In this document: positions 44,412-53,575 of the stretch, piece after piece
How positions within the stretch are numbered: position 1 is the stretch's first letter
How the letters are laid out: every line of letters starts with the position of its first letter
Origin: a virus
IMG/VR virus record: IMGVR_UViG_3300020401_000014
Location: 32,001 to 96,000 of that record
Length of the DNA stretch: 64,000 nt
Strand: one strand, 5' to 3'
Position numbers and translations under genes: made by a program
The notes under the pieces: model-generated
What the model saw: only the letters and a program-made list of their open reading frames with translations
Told to the model about the DNA's origin: nothing
The model's database searches: none

Positions 44412-44423
44412 AATATATAATAA

Positions 44424-44678
44424 TTAGTTGGCGACATTAAATACTTCGCGAAGTTTTTCCATATCTTTCGACCACAAGAAAACAGACCTCACATAGTCCG
44501 TATCTTCTGCCTCGACCTTTTCCATGCGTTCAATCGCTTCCCATGCAGGAAGACGCTCACGCTCCATTCTACCCCATTGTATGACTACTTTCGTGTGCGG
44601 AAAGTATTCTACGAGTTCTTTAAGTTGACAATCGGTTATATAACCCATGTTTACGAAGATTTGCATTAGTGTGTTCAT
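44424..44678 (-). CDS. hypothetical protein
   Basis: Start moved to ATG 44678 (TTGACA-17-TAGTAT-7-ATG). Confidence 0.7.
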   Translation of the reverse strand: MNTLMQIFVNMGYITDCQLKELVEYFPHTKVVIQWGRMERERLPAWEAIERMEKVEAEDTDYVRSVFLWSKDMEKLREVFNVAN

Positions 44679-44718
44679 GCTATCTATACTAGAGGCATAA
44701 TCGATCCTTGTCAACAAT

Positions 44719-44754
44719 AAAAAAACCCTCTCCGATTTCTCAGAGAGGGTTTTT
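44719..44754 (-). terminator. intrinsic terminator downstream of the ncRNA
   Basis: CCCTCTCTG-AGAAAT-CGGAGAGGG-TTTTTTT on the minus strand. Confidence 0.85.
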
Positions 44755-44846
44755 AAGACCAAAGGCTTTTATTGAGTTACCTTTGAAGCGATGATAGTAA
44801 CTAGAGGCAACACACAACCTCCGCATATTTGCTCAGAAAAAATAGA

Positions 44847-45031
44847 TGTGGGGGAGGACTACTGAATACCTCCAACTTTTCGGCGTGAACATCAGTTCAG
44901 GATTACCTACTTCGAACCACAGATTAGACTTGGCATTCGTCATCGACTCATCCGATTGGACTCTATCGCCCCGCCACAGGGAATCTGCGTACTTTAGCCC
45001 GCTCACGACAGGTTTAGTTCAGTCACCCACA
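44847..45031 (-). ncRNA. 6S (SsrS)-like RNA
   Basis: 185-nt GC-rich rod: TGTGGG/CCCACA, ACTGAA/TTCAGT, CGTGAGC/GTTCACG, 11/27-nt central bubble, CGCAGATT/AATCTGTG; alternative TGAAC/GTTCA hairpin as in 6S. Confidence 0.6.
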
Positions 45032-45125
45032 GGAAGGATTATAAGCCCTTCCAAAGTGTTTAAAATGTTAAAGATCAATTTATTTTATTTATTTGAGTTT
45101 GGTTCTCAATTTTGATTATGTAATA

Positions 45126-45154
45126 ATTATACTATATATTTAGTTATTTGTCAA
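45126..45154 (-). promoter_or_regulatory. perfect sigma70 promoter not followed by an ATG
   Basis: TTGACA-17-TATAAT; predicted TSS near 45119. Confidence 0.85.
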
Positions 45155-45352
45155 TGATTTTTTTTGAATTTCTGCTTTTTCTTTTAATTCATCATATATT
45201 AAGCATTGTATTCTCCATAAACCATGATCCTTCATATTAAGACCGAGTTCTTCGTTAAGCAAGTCTCTAATCTTTTTACATATAGCAGTTGCTTCTTCTT
45301 TGAAAGCGTAATCACAAACTTGAAGCTTAGGAGAGTCAGTCAATTCAATCAT
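45140..45352 (-). CDS. hypothetical protein
   Basis: Coupled ORF. Confidence 0.6.
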   Translation of the reverse strand: MIELTDSPKLQVCDYAFKEEATAICKKIRDLLNEELGLNMKDHGLWRIQCLIYDELKEKAEIQKKSLTNN

Positions 45353-45549
45353 GCCCGAACTCCTTTGCCAAGTGCTTGTGCGGATAGCATTTTGCGTTTT
45401 ACATCTGCTTGTTCTGCCAACATAGTATGATAATATATACTATCTTCTGCAATAGAACCATATCCCGCAAATTTATTATTGTTTATATAATGTCCACTTT
45501 TAATTTTGTTCATTATATCTGATGATCGTGCGTTTTTAGCTATACTCAT
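45349..45549 (-). CDS. hypothetical protein
   Basis: Coupled ORF. Confidence 0.55.
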   Translation of the reverse strand: MSIAKNARSSDIMNKIKSGHYINNNKFAGYGSIAEDSIYYHTMLAEQADVKRKMLSAQALGKGVRA

Positions 45550-45569
45550 AATTATATTTATATTAGTTG

Positions 45570-45854
45570 TTATCGTCTTGCAATTATATCTGCAATTCTT
45601 TGTAGTTGTACTGTATTCTTATCTATTGATGATCTTATATCATCGAGATAACCATTGGTGCATTGAGATTGATCCTCGATCTTGTCTCCAAGGAAACCAA
45701 GATGTTGTACAAGCTCAGATGAGTTGCCACTCAAGTGAATAGCAAGGTTACTTACCTCTTGTGCGAGATTAGGTTGCTTGCGTAGCGTTTCGTGTGTGCT
45801 AACCTGTGAAGGTTGCCGATTGAGATATTCAAGTTGTTCTTCTGCGTAATTCAT
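45570..45854 (-). CDS. hypothetical protein
   Basis: Start moved to ATG 45854 by the promoter rule. Confidence 0.65.
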   Translation of the reverse strand: MNYAEEQLEYLNRQPSQVSTHETLRKQPNLAQEVSNLAIHLSGNSSELVQHLGFLGDKIEDQSQCTNGYLDDIRSSIDKNTVQLQRIADIIARR

Positions 45855-45886
45855 GAGTATAAGTATGAGGCAATATGTCGATCTTG

Positions 45887-46126
45887 TCAAGACTTTTTTT
45901 TCGATGTGTCGATTTTGTGGTTAGTTGTACCCATATTCTTAAAAGAGGTTTGGTATCCGTTTCGCCATATTGTTATTTGATCTCCATCTCTTAATATATT
46001 TGCAATACTCATTATATTTTCAATAAAGGTAGCTTGCTCTTCATTATATTTGTTTATTTTATCTTCATAAGTTGGATATTCATCTCCACTATCAGATAAG
46101 AACTTATTATAGTCATATTCAGTCAT
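45887..46126 (-). CDS. hypothetical protein
   Basis: Operon ORF. Confidence 0.55.
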   Translation of the reverse strand: MTEYDYNKFLSDSGDEYPTYEDKINKYNEEQATFIENIMSIANILRDGDQITIWRNGYQTSFKNMGTTNHKIDTSKKKS

Positions 46127-46127
46127 A

Positions 46128-46340
46128 TTATGCCTCCCATAGATATATATATTTGCCTGTTATCTTTCTACTATACTTATTTAGGTTAAAACCACTCATA
46201 AATTCTATTACTTTACTTATATTTTTATCTTCAATAGTTAAAATAATTTGATTAGTTGTTTTGTCTATTACTTCACCCTTATATTTGTTATTTATATTTG
46301 GCTTAAAGTCGTTTGTAAATGCCTCTTTAGTTAATTGCAC
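46128..46340 (-). CDS. hypothetical protein
   Basis: AT-rich operon ORF. Confidence 0.5.
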   Translation of the reverse strand: MQLTKEAFTNDFKPNINNKYKGEVIDKTTNQIILTIEDKNISKVIEFMSGFNLNKYSRKITGKYIYLWEA

Positions 46341-46530
46341 AACGCTTATCTTCTCCTAGATCATTAACATAGTATATATTAGTAAAAACATCATTAACAG
46401 ATTCGCCATTATTTGTTATTTTATTAATATCAGTTATAATATTTTCAATAGTGTCGTCTGTATCTGATTTATTTTGTTTGATGTTATTATATTCGTCTAA
46501 CAATGTGTTTATTAATTGTGCAGTAGTCAT
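46327..46530 (-). CDS. hypothetical protein
   Basis: ATGA coupling. Confidence 0.5.
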   Translation of the reverse strand: MTTAQLINTLLDEYNNIKQNKSDTDDTIENIITDINKITNNGESVNDVFTNIYYVNDLGEDKRCAIN

Positions 46531-46742
46531 GGTTTAAATTCGTATGTATCATATTTGTCGCTATCGGGGTCAAAATGTGGGAATAGAACGCTGATCTCGT
46601 TGTCTAGTACGCTCTCATACCTTGGGTAACCCTCATCGTCATGCCAATAGCCTCTTATTTGCGTCTTCTCAAGGAACATAGGGTCAAATGTCTCAAACAT
46701 ATGATACTCTACATACTTTAATGACCTTGCTTCTATGTCCAT
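46527..46742 (-). CDS. hypothetical protein
   Basis: TTGACA-17-AATACT-7-ATG. Confidence 0.7.
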   Translation of the reverse strand: MDIEARSLKYVEYHMFETFDPMFLEKTQIRGYWHDDEGYPRYESVLDNEISVLFPHFDPDSDKYDTYEFKP

Positions 46743-47260
46743 GCTTATAAGTATTGACTATATTTAGGACTTTGTCAATCGAAAATTTGCGAACCGCCAA
46801 ATAAATATATATTAATAAGTTAAAATATATTAAAAAGAGCAGTAATTCGTTTAAATGTTTGGAAATCCGTATTTATTTCGCTTACCTTTATTTATATTTG
46901 GCTTAGTATTATTATCAATTTTCAATTCGCAATTATTTGATTTATTATTATTAGTTAAATTAAGATAAGTATTACGCACAAACAATTTTTCTTTTATTTG
47001 ATTTAATATTTTTGTTATTTTCATTTGATCGCTATTTATATTTATACTATTATTTATATATATTGAAGTCGCGTACTCCACTCTGAACCACTTTGACCCA
47101 CAATGAAACACCTTGGAATCCCTTTATTTACAAAGGTTTATATACAAATCAATTATAATCAATAACTTAATATAAATCAAGTAATATTATTAGTGTGTTG
47201 TATGTTTCTTATTCTGTTATATATGTATAAGTATATTAAAATGTTATTATTTTATTTGTA

Positions 47261-47455
47261 TTACTTATCATATAATAAATAACAATCATCTAGCTCAATA
47301 TAAAGATGACGCAATTCTCTTTGTACAAATTCAATATATTCTTCATCTCGTTCTGATTCTAAAAATAATGTATCAAGTTCAGCAGTTTTATCTTTTATTG
47401 AGAGTTGAATATCTCTTATTCTGTCTTTAAGATTAGTTGTATTTGAATTAGTCAT
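47261..47455 (-). CDS. small coiled-coil protein
   Basis: Heptad pattern. Confidence 0.6.
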   Translation of the reverse strand: MTNSNTTNLKDRIRDIQLSIKDKTAELDTLFLESERDEEYIEFVQRELRHLYIELDDCYLLYDK

Positions 47456-47557
47456 TATATGTAAATAAAATTAACATTAGCATAAGTATTGCCGACCCGA
47501 TCCCTACAATCACAAGTAGATCATTCAAGTACCCGATTATTTCCGACATATACATGA

Positions 47558-47968
47558 TCAATACCAACAATGATAGAAAACTTTGTTTCCGTTTTTAATT
47601 GCTTCTCTAGCTTGCTCAATGAAGTCAAGATCGGTTGACTTATGAAAATAATCTTTGCCTTTATGTGGATTGCCGTTCTCGTCTTCCCAAGCAAACGAAT
47701 CATCCCCAAAGAAAAACCCACTTGTTTCGGGCAAATCCTTGTTGCATACATGAGCTTCAAGTTGCTCCAAGTCGGATTCATCTATTGGCAAAGGAATGCA
47801 GTTGAAATCGCCAAATTCACTTTGAACATTTGGATCGAGGTTTGGTTTGCCTTTGGCTCGCCAAAGTTGCTCCATCCATCCTTGCAAGCGATTGTGCTTT
47901 CTCCAATAGCAAATTTCAGTTTGCTCTCCATCTGAATTTTCGTAGTATGCAGTTTGATCTAATCCCAT
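47558..47968 (-). CDS. conserved phage protein (MGLD..Y...YWRK.N.L.GW)
   Basis: Recognisable family motif ending F YHCW. Confidence 0.8.
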   Translation of the reverse strand: MGLDQTAYYENSDGEQTEICYWRKHNRLQGWMEQLWRAKGKPNLDPNVQSEFGDFNCIPLPIDESDLEQLEAHVCNKDLPETSGFFFGDDSFAWEDENGNPHKGKDYFHKSTDLDFIEQAREAIKNGNKVFYHCWY

Positions 47969-48059
47969 AATATATAAAGTTTAGTTTAATTTGCTCTTAT
48001 TGTCAATACTTTTTTTTGTTTCGGCTCTTAATTTTCTTAATTGCTCGATAAAATATATT

Positions 48060-48317
48060 TTAAAATTCGCCAACATCGTCAAGGTTAATTGGAAATGCCA
48101 TTGGGAGAAAAGCGAGAGCATGACAAAGATCATACTCCATTCGCTTGTAATCTCCTCTTTGATGAAAGAACTGCAAAGTATTAATCAAGTGACTAAGATA
48201 TTCATGCACTTGCTCCATACTATTGAGATCATCATGCTTGGCTTTTATTCGCTCTAATACTTGAGTAAGCTCTGATTGAAGGATGTGGATTTTAAGCTCG
48301 TTCTCTTCGTTGTTCAC
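48060..48317 (-). CDS. hypothetical protein
   Basis: Coupled ORF. Confidence 0.6.
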   Translation of the reverse strand: MNNEENELKIHILQSELTQVLERIKAKHDDLNSMEQVHEYLSHLINTLQFFHQRGDYKRMEYDLCHALAFLPMAFPINLDDVGEF

Positions 48318-48565
48318 GATGCAGAAATCAAAGCTTGATGAATAATATTTCTAGTCTTGTAATCAAGAATCCTACCTTCATCATCTTGGGGCAACTCACT
48401 TAAAACCTCTTCTAAATTTAAATTATGAAGTTGGCATAAGCAAGCGACTTTTCTATAAATACCAATTTCTTTATATTTAAGAATTGCCCAAGAAGCATCT
48501 ATTGTTGCAGAATCAGAAGAGCAAATTGCATCAGTTAATTTATTTGTCTCGATAGTTGTATCCAT
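48314..48565 (-). CDS. hypothetical protein
   Basis: TGATG coupling to rIIB. Confidence 0.6.
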   Translation of the reverse strand: MDTTIETNKLTDAICSSDSATIDASWAILKYKEIGIYRKVACLCQLHNLNLEEVLSELPQDDEGRILDYKTRNIIHQALISAS

Positions 48566-49656
48566 CACAATTCTAAAACTCTCCAATTTGACATGATCTT
48601 GTCTTCATCTTCTTCTATATCAAAACCCATATCTCCAAGAAGAATCGCAATGTCACGCACTCTCCAACCTTCTTCACGACTAACTTTCAAGTCAGCAATG
48701 TGTTTAAGAGTAACTTCTTCGCCATTCTCCATTTTGTTTTCGATATAATTGCGAACCGCAAGTCTTGAAACCGCATCTTCTGAATCATCAAAAGGTTCGT
48801 CATCCCAATCTCCTTCGATTTCAGAATCGTCATGCTCGTAATCGCTATCGCTTCCGTAGATAGGCTTATTAGCCTCGTAGACTACCTTATCTAGCTCTTG
48901 ACGAGAATCGGTAATGTCTGCGACTACCCTGTATTTAGAAACCCTTAGTTTCTGAAATTCACAATCGGTAGGAACGCTGACTGCATCTTGAGGATCGAAC
49001 TCCACAAGAAGCAAGCGACCTTCACTTCCCGCCCAATTATTTGCGTAATCATACGATCCAATATGCAAACCATGTGAACAATGATTATCCTTATTGTCAT
49101 CGCAACTTCTACGCTGAATCTCGATAGTTTCACCGACTCCATTGTAGATTTGGTGACGACTATTGGTTTGACCTTGCACAACAATAGTATCGGCATTGCC
49201 TGTGTTGCTCCAAAAGTCATTTTGGACTCCTTTGTAACCCAATACCTTGCCTTCGGGAGTGATCGGAAGTGACCGATAACCAAGGAAAGTATAAAGTTCA
49301 TCAACAGAATTAGAAGATGGATTGTTCATCAATCGTCCAATGTAGTTAGTAATCGGAGTAGAATCTTTCATTCCACTACGCAACATATCCAAGAGTTTGT
49401 CAACAACTACTCCATGTAGTCGATGCTTGCCCTTGTAATATAGCACTTCATCTCTAACTTCTACATCACCCTCTACGAAGTCCGTAATAGCTTTCTTTAC
49501 ATCAAGCAATTCGGGAACATCTTCGTAACGACCTTCAAAGATTGCAGATCGCAAAGCGGAGAAGTTGGCATTGTCCTTTCGGATGGTGTAAGGTTTTCCA
49601 TCATAAAAGATAGTGATGGAATCCTCGCTCAAGTTATACGCTAATTTTTCGCTCAT
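48565..49656 (-). CDS. rIIB: rIIB-like protein
   Basis: NPS..SVDELYTFL, ITPEG..LGYKGV, D.N.DNHCS.GLHIG, DPQDAVSVP.D...KLRV.KY; directly downstream of rIIA. Confidence 0.8.
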   Translation of the reverse strand: MSEKLAYNLSEDSITIFYDGKPYTIRKDNANFSALRSAIFEGRYEDVPELLDVKKAITDFVEGDVEVRDEVLYYKGKHRLHGVVVDKLLDMLRSGMKDSTPITNYIGRLMNNPSSNSVDELYTFLGYRSLPITPEGKVLGYKGVQNDFWSNTGNADTIVVQGQTNSRHQIYNGVGETIEIQRRSCDDNKDNHCSHGLHIGSYDYANNWAGSEGRLLLVEFDPQDAVSVPTDCEFQKLRVSKYRVVADITDSRQELDKVVYEANKPIYGSDSDYEHDDSEIEGDWDDEPFDDSEDAVSRLAVRNYIENKMENGEEVTLKHIADLKVSREEGWRVRDIAILLGDMGFDIEEDEDKIMSNWRVLEL

Positions 49657-49735
49657 AATGTTTTGTCTGTTATAGTAATAATATTAGTTGAAATTGTTGT
49701 CAAAGTCAAGAAAAAAGATTCGGGGAGAGGCATTT

Positions 49736-52021
49736 TCATGCCTCTTCCCCTTGCTTATCACACATAGAAATATAATCAATGATATTCTTGCCGAAGTTGT
49801 CTTCGTTGTAATTGATCCATCCGTAAACTTTTGAACATATATTCGCAAGTAATGGGTACTTGTCGTCAATGTCTTTGCAGAGGTAATCGAAACTCTTCCA
49901 TTTATATTTAGAAGAGAAATTCTTGTCGAACCACTCCTTGTCTTCTTCTTGCACCAACTTTTTAAGTTTAAACAATGTGCTGATAACAAGGTCATCGTTT
50001 TGAGAATCCGCTAGAATTTGCATAGCTTGTAGAATATCGTTGTCTTTGTCAAAAGTCTTATGCAGTATGCTTCTGAAGCTTGTATTGCCCAAAATATTCT
50101 CTAGCTTCTTTACATTGTTCATTTCATGCCTATGCTCTTGATATGCCATTCTACGCTCTCCACGCAAGAGATCGGCTTTTCTGCGAAGCAATGCACCCTT
50201 GGCTACTTTGATGCGATGATCTTGCCATTCAATCCATTTAGATTTGTCAAGCTTTTTTACATCTGACTTACGGATGCCATAGACTTCAACCTTGCGGTCA
50301 TCATCAAGGTTCTTGAACAAGGCTTGTAAACCTTTGTAGTCACGCTTCAATGAATCTAATTCATATCCAATTCTACCGCATGGTTTATAATTACTAATAG
50401 CAATATATACAAGATAGGAGTCATCGTCTAAATCTTTCTCAAGGTCTTCGACTTCTGATCCATTTCTCCATTGATCTGAATTTCTGTATCCACAAGGATC
50501 ATATAGAAAAGTTGGTACAGATGCACGACTTTCGCCACTTGCTCTTGTGCCTTGCTTGAGTTTTGCTTTCTCAACATTGCTAGTATAATACAAGTTGTCC
50601 TTAGATACAAGATTGAGTTGCCAACCATCTTCATCACCGAACATATATTGGCTACCAACATCAGTATAAGATACCACATATACACCCACAATAGAGTCAT
50701 CACTATTGAACATAGTTCTTGCTCGTAGAGCATTACCATGCGAAGATGCAATGTCTTGCAAGATGAGTCGGTTGTTCTTGTGAACATCCACTCTGCTTAC
50801 TTTTTGACTTCTTACTTTATATCCATCGGTAACATCTTTGTCTTCGACTTTAGTATATTCAGTAATAGTAATATCTTCATTGTACTGATAGTTTCTATGA
50901 AAGGTTGCACCCAAAATTGGAATACCTTTCCATTTAAAACTATTTTGAAAAATGCTTCGTAGTTCGTATGGCAAAGCATTAATAACTTGTGCATACTTTG
51001 CTTTCGCATCCCATAGGCAAGTTGCTCCACCAAGTTTTTCCTTGGCAATCTCTTGAATGTCATCGTACATTTTCCTAAGATGTTGAACAATAGCTTTTTG
51101 CGTAGCTTTGTTATATTCCAAAGACTCACGACTATGATGCAATTTTAGTTCGCCAATGTCGAATCTAAGATATACATTATCTTCATCACATATATTCTTT
51201 AGAGGAGCATAATCGTAACCTTCTTCTACATAATTTTTGAAATCAATAGAATTGGTATTGATAGGATAATGCACTCTGCCCATGAAAGCATGAGATTGAG
51301 AATGGCTTCTTCTCCAATAGTCTTGCTTGTCATCAATGATAAACCAAGACTTGTCCTTGGCTTCAAGCACAACATCGTACTTGTCAAAAAATTGTTCGTC
51401 ATCACCAATGCCAATGAATTTGGGCATTTCTTCTTCGCTGAAGAAGCGGAAGAATGCTTTGACAATTTCTCTGAACTTGTCTACATCTTCATCTGCAATG
51501 GCAACTTCTACCGACAAACCACTTGGTTCGTTGCTAGGTTCTTTGTGCATCTCTACAATCTTGGTATCGTCATCTTCATTGACAAATATATTGTAAGAAG
51601 ATTTAGTTCCACCATGATACGAAACGCAAGTAAAATTGTTTCCATAAGACAATGGAGCAAATTTACCGATACCGAAAGCACCAATATATGAATTGGAATT
51701 ACGCTTGGTACTTTTGCCGTACTTTGAGTATAAACCGAATACATCTTCTTTGCTCAAACCACTACCAAAGTCACGAACGCAAAAGTTTGGATTAAACTTA
51801 GATGGCAAAGTAATCTCGACTTTGCGAGTAGCATTTGCTTCTTTGTTTGCATCCAATGCGTTTGCACTAATCTCACGCACAACTGCGAGAGGTGGATTGG
51901 AATAGTTGTTGCGAAGAAGAGAAGCGACATAACGCATATCTTCGGCATCAATGGTACAATTTACGGAATCGAAATCGTGAGACGATACGACTCGTTTGGA
52001 TTTTTCTTGTGTGATAATCAT
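49736..52021 (-). CDS. rIIA: rIIA-like protein with N-terminal GHKL ATPase
   Basis: VREISANALDA, VRDFGSGL, STKR.SN..IGAFGIGKFAPLSY. Confidence 0.85.
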   Translation of the reverse strand: MIITQEKSKRVVSSHDFDSVNCTIDAEDMRYVASLLRNNYSNPPLAVVREISANALDANKEANATRKVEITLPSKFNPNFCVRDFGSGLSKEDVFGLYSKYGKSTKRNSNSYIGAFGIGKFAPLSYGNNFTCVSYHGGTKSSYNIFVNEDDDTKIVEMHKEPSNEPSGLSVEVAIADEDVDKFREIVKAFFRFFSEEEMPKFIGIGDDEQFFDKYDVVLEAKDKSWFIIDDKQDYWRRSHSQSHAFMGRVHYPINTNSIDFKNYVEEGYDYAPLKNICDEDNVYLRFDIGELKLHHSRESLEYNKATQKAIVQHLRKMYDDIQEIAKEKLGGATCLWDAKAKYAQVINALPYELRSIFQNSFKWKGIPILGATFHRNYQYNEDITITEYTKVEDKDVTDGYKVRSQKVSRVDVHKNNRLILQDIASSHGNALRARTMFNSDDSIVGVYVVSYTDVGSQYMFGDEDGWQLNLVSKDNLYYTSNVEKAKLKQGTRASGESRASVPTFLYDPCGYRNSDQWRNGSEVEDLEKDLDDDSYLVYIAISNYKPCGRIGYELDSLKRDYKGLQALFKNLDDDRKVEVYGIRKSDVKKLDKSKWIEWQDHRIKVAKGALLRRKADLLRGERRMAYQEHRHEMNNVKKLENILGNTSFRSILHKTFDKDNDILQAMQILADSQNDDLVISTLFKLKKLVQEEDKEWFDKNFSSKYKWKSFDYLCKDIDDKYPLLANICSKVYGWINYNEDNFGKNIIDYISMCDKQGEEA

Positions 52022-52258
52022 AATTTTCTAAGTGTTATATAATAAGTTTGACAGGTTTCTAGGATATGTCAACCCTTTTTTTTGATTAGACCAAAATTTG
52101 TTCGTCACCAAAGAGAAGATACTTGGCTTGCACAAGACAATTTATCTCATGTATATATCTTTCTTCATTCTCTTGAGTGTCGATATTGTAATTCTCGATC
52201 TCTTCTATTTTTAAATTAATTAGTTCTTTTAGCTTTTCCATTGTTGAATATAATTACA

Positions 52259-52582
52259 CTATTCGTGATGCAAAAAGATCGGAGTATATTCTCCCATGTA
52301 AGCACCTTCAATATTAAAATCGTAGAATTCAACTGCTTCTTCGTATGTCATACCATCTCGTTCCATCAAGGTTTCTATGATATTGTATACGCTATAAATG
52401 ATGCGACCATCTTTGTCGTATCCTTCGATAGCATTATCAAGACCATCAAGCACAACTGATTCGGGGTTTAATTCTTTGATAGTTTCAAGAAGTTGTTCTA
52501 TGCGTTCTGAACGATGCCTTCTGATCGTCTCTAAAATATCTTCAGCGGTTTCTGTTTCTTCGTTTGTCATAATAGTATTCAA
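52259..52582 (-). CDS. conserved phage protein
   Basis: DGLDNAI.G..IYS..II.TL..DGMT.EEA.EFYDFNI.GAYMGE.TPIF. Confidence 0.8.
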   Translation of the reverse strand: MNTIMTNEETETAEDILETIRRHRSERIEQLLETIKELNPESVVLDGLDNAIEGYDKDGRIIYSVYNIIETLMERDGMTYEEAVEFYDFNIEGAYMGEYTPIFLHHE

Positions 52583-52590
52583 TCAGAATG

Positions 52591-53166
52591 TTAAACGCTT
52601 GTCAACATTTTATTTTCTCTGTGCAAAGGTAATACTCTTTCTATTAGAAAATCTACTACTGCCCAAGATATATCAAGCATTTCTTGGCACTCTCTGCGAT
52701 CTCCACCATATTGAGATTGGTTCGCTGAAAAGTGAACTTGGTATCCTTCCGCATCGGTAGCAACATTTGGATCATAGTGCATAACCCAATTTCCTTGGGC
52801 ATCTTGCTTGTATTCTCCACGCTGATGATCGCTTGTTATATATGCAATAGCATTAGGCGAAGTCCATTTGTTTACCCCATTAGAATATTGTTTCTTGATA
52901 TTATATTTTACGAAGTCAATTTCTGCACAAGGAAAGTCTTGCTTGAAGCTATGCAATCGAACGGATACTCCAACTGCCTTCTTGACAACTCCACCATATT
53001 TTCCAAATGCATTTTCTGTAAGTACATTTATGAAACTACTCTTGGTAGTATATGATGCCGTTTGAATTTCATCTTCAAATTGACTGCTAATTTTATTTCG
53101 CTTAATGAAAATACTTTCGGGGCTGAAATCATGCCAATGTATTTGTTTTGTGTTCCAATAATTCAT
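52591..53166 (-). CDS. hypothetical protein
   Basis: 191-aa operon ORF. Confidence 0.7.
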   Translation of the reverse strand: MNYWNTKQIHWHDFSPESIFIKRNKISSQFEDEIQTASYTTKSSFINVLTENAFGKYGGVVKKAVGVSVRLHSFKQDFPCAEIDFVKYNIKKQYSNGVNKWTSPNAIAYITSDHQRGEYKQDAQGNWVMHYDPNVATDAEGYQVHFSANQSQYGGDRRECQEMLDISWAVVDFLIERVLPLHRENKMLTSV

Positions 53167-53357
53167 TAGTTAAGATATTTTAAATGTTCTTTTGTGTCAA
53201 CTCCTTCGGGAATTTCTTGTCCATAATATTCAATTCTATGCAATATATGTTTAACAATCATAGTTCTTACTGCATCATTAGAGAAGTCTATTTTCTTTAT
53301 ATCTTTAAAGTCTGATAAAGCTTCTTCACCTAATTTAATTTTATCTTGTAGGTTCAT
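53166..53357 (-). CDS. hypothetical protein
   Basis: TAATG coupling. Confidence 0.55.
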   Translation of the reverse strand: MNLQDKIKLGEEALSDFKDIKKIDFSNDAVRTMIVKHILHRIEYYGQEIPEGVDTKEHLKYLN

Positions 53358-53367
53358 GTTAATAATA

Positions 53368-53574
53368 CTATGCTAGTTTTTCCCATGTGTCAACATCTAA
53401 ATTCATGCACTCGCTCATGGGCGAATCTTCTTCAACGCTATTGATTGAAATTGTAATCTTCTCTTTATATTCGGTAGAGTCATTCGGAAGAAAATGCAAT
53501 TTGATTCCACCTTCTCTTATGTCAATAAAGTCTGATTCTGCTAAACCAAGATTAATTTTATATTCTTTAGTCAT
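53368..53574 (-). CDS. hypothetical protein
   Basis: Operon ORF. Confidence 0.55.
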   Translation of the reverse strand: MTKEYKINLGLAESDFIDIREGGIKLHFLPNDSTEYKEKITISINSVEEDSPMSECMNLDVDTWEKLA

Positions 53575-53575
53575 T

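Noticed and set aside
44847-45031. tmRNA or tRNA interpretation
   Set aside because: No T-loop consensus, no CCA end and no ALAA-type tag frame; the rod with a central bubble fits better
44846-45115. 89-aa plus-strand ORF from the track
   Set aside because: Antisense to a promoter-terminator unit, non-ATG start, and no protein-like features
46851-47111. 86-aa Asn/Ile/Lys-rich ORF
   Set aside because: Low-complexity AT tract, non-ATG start, no promoter pattern
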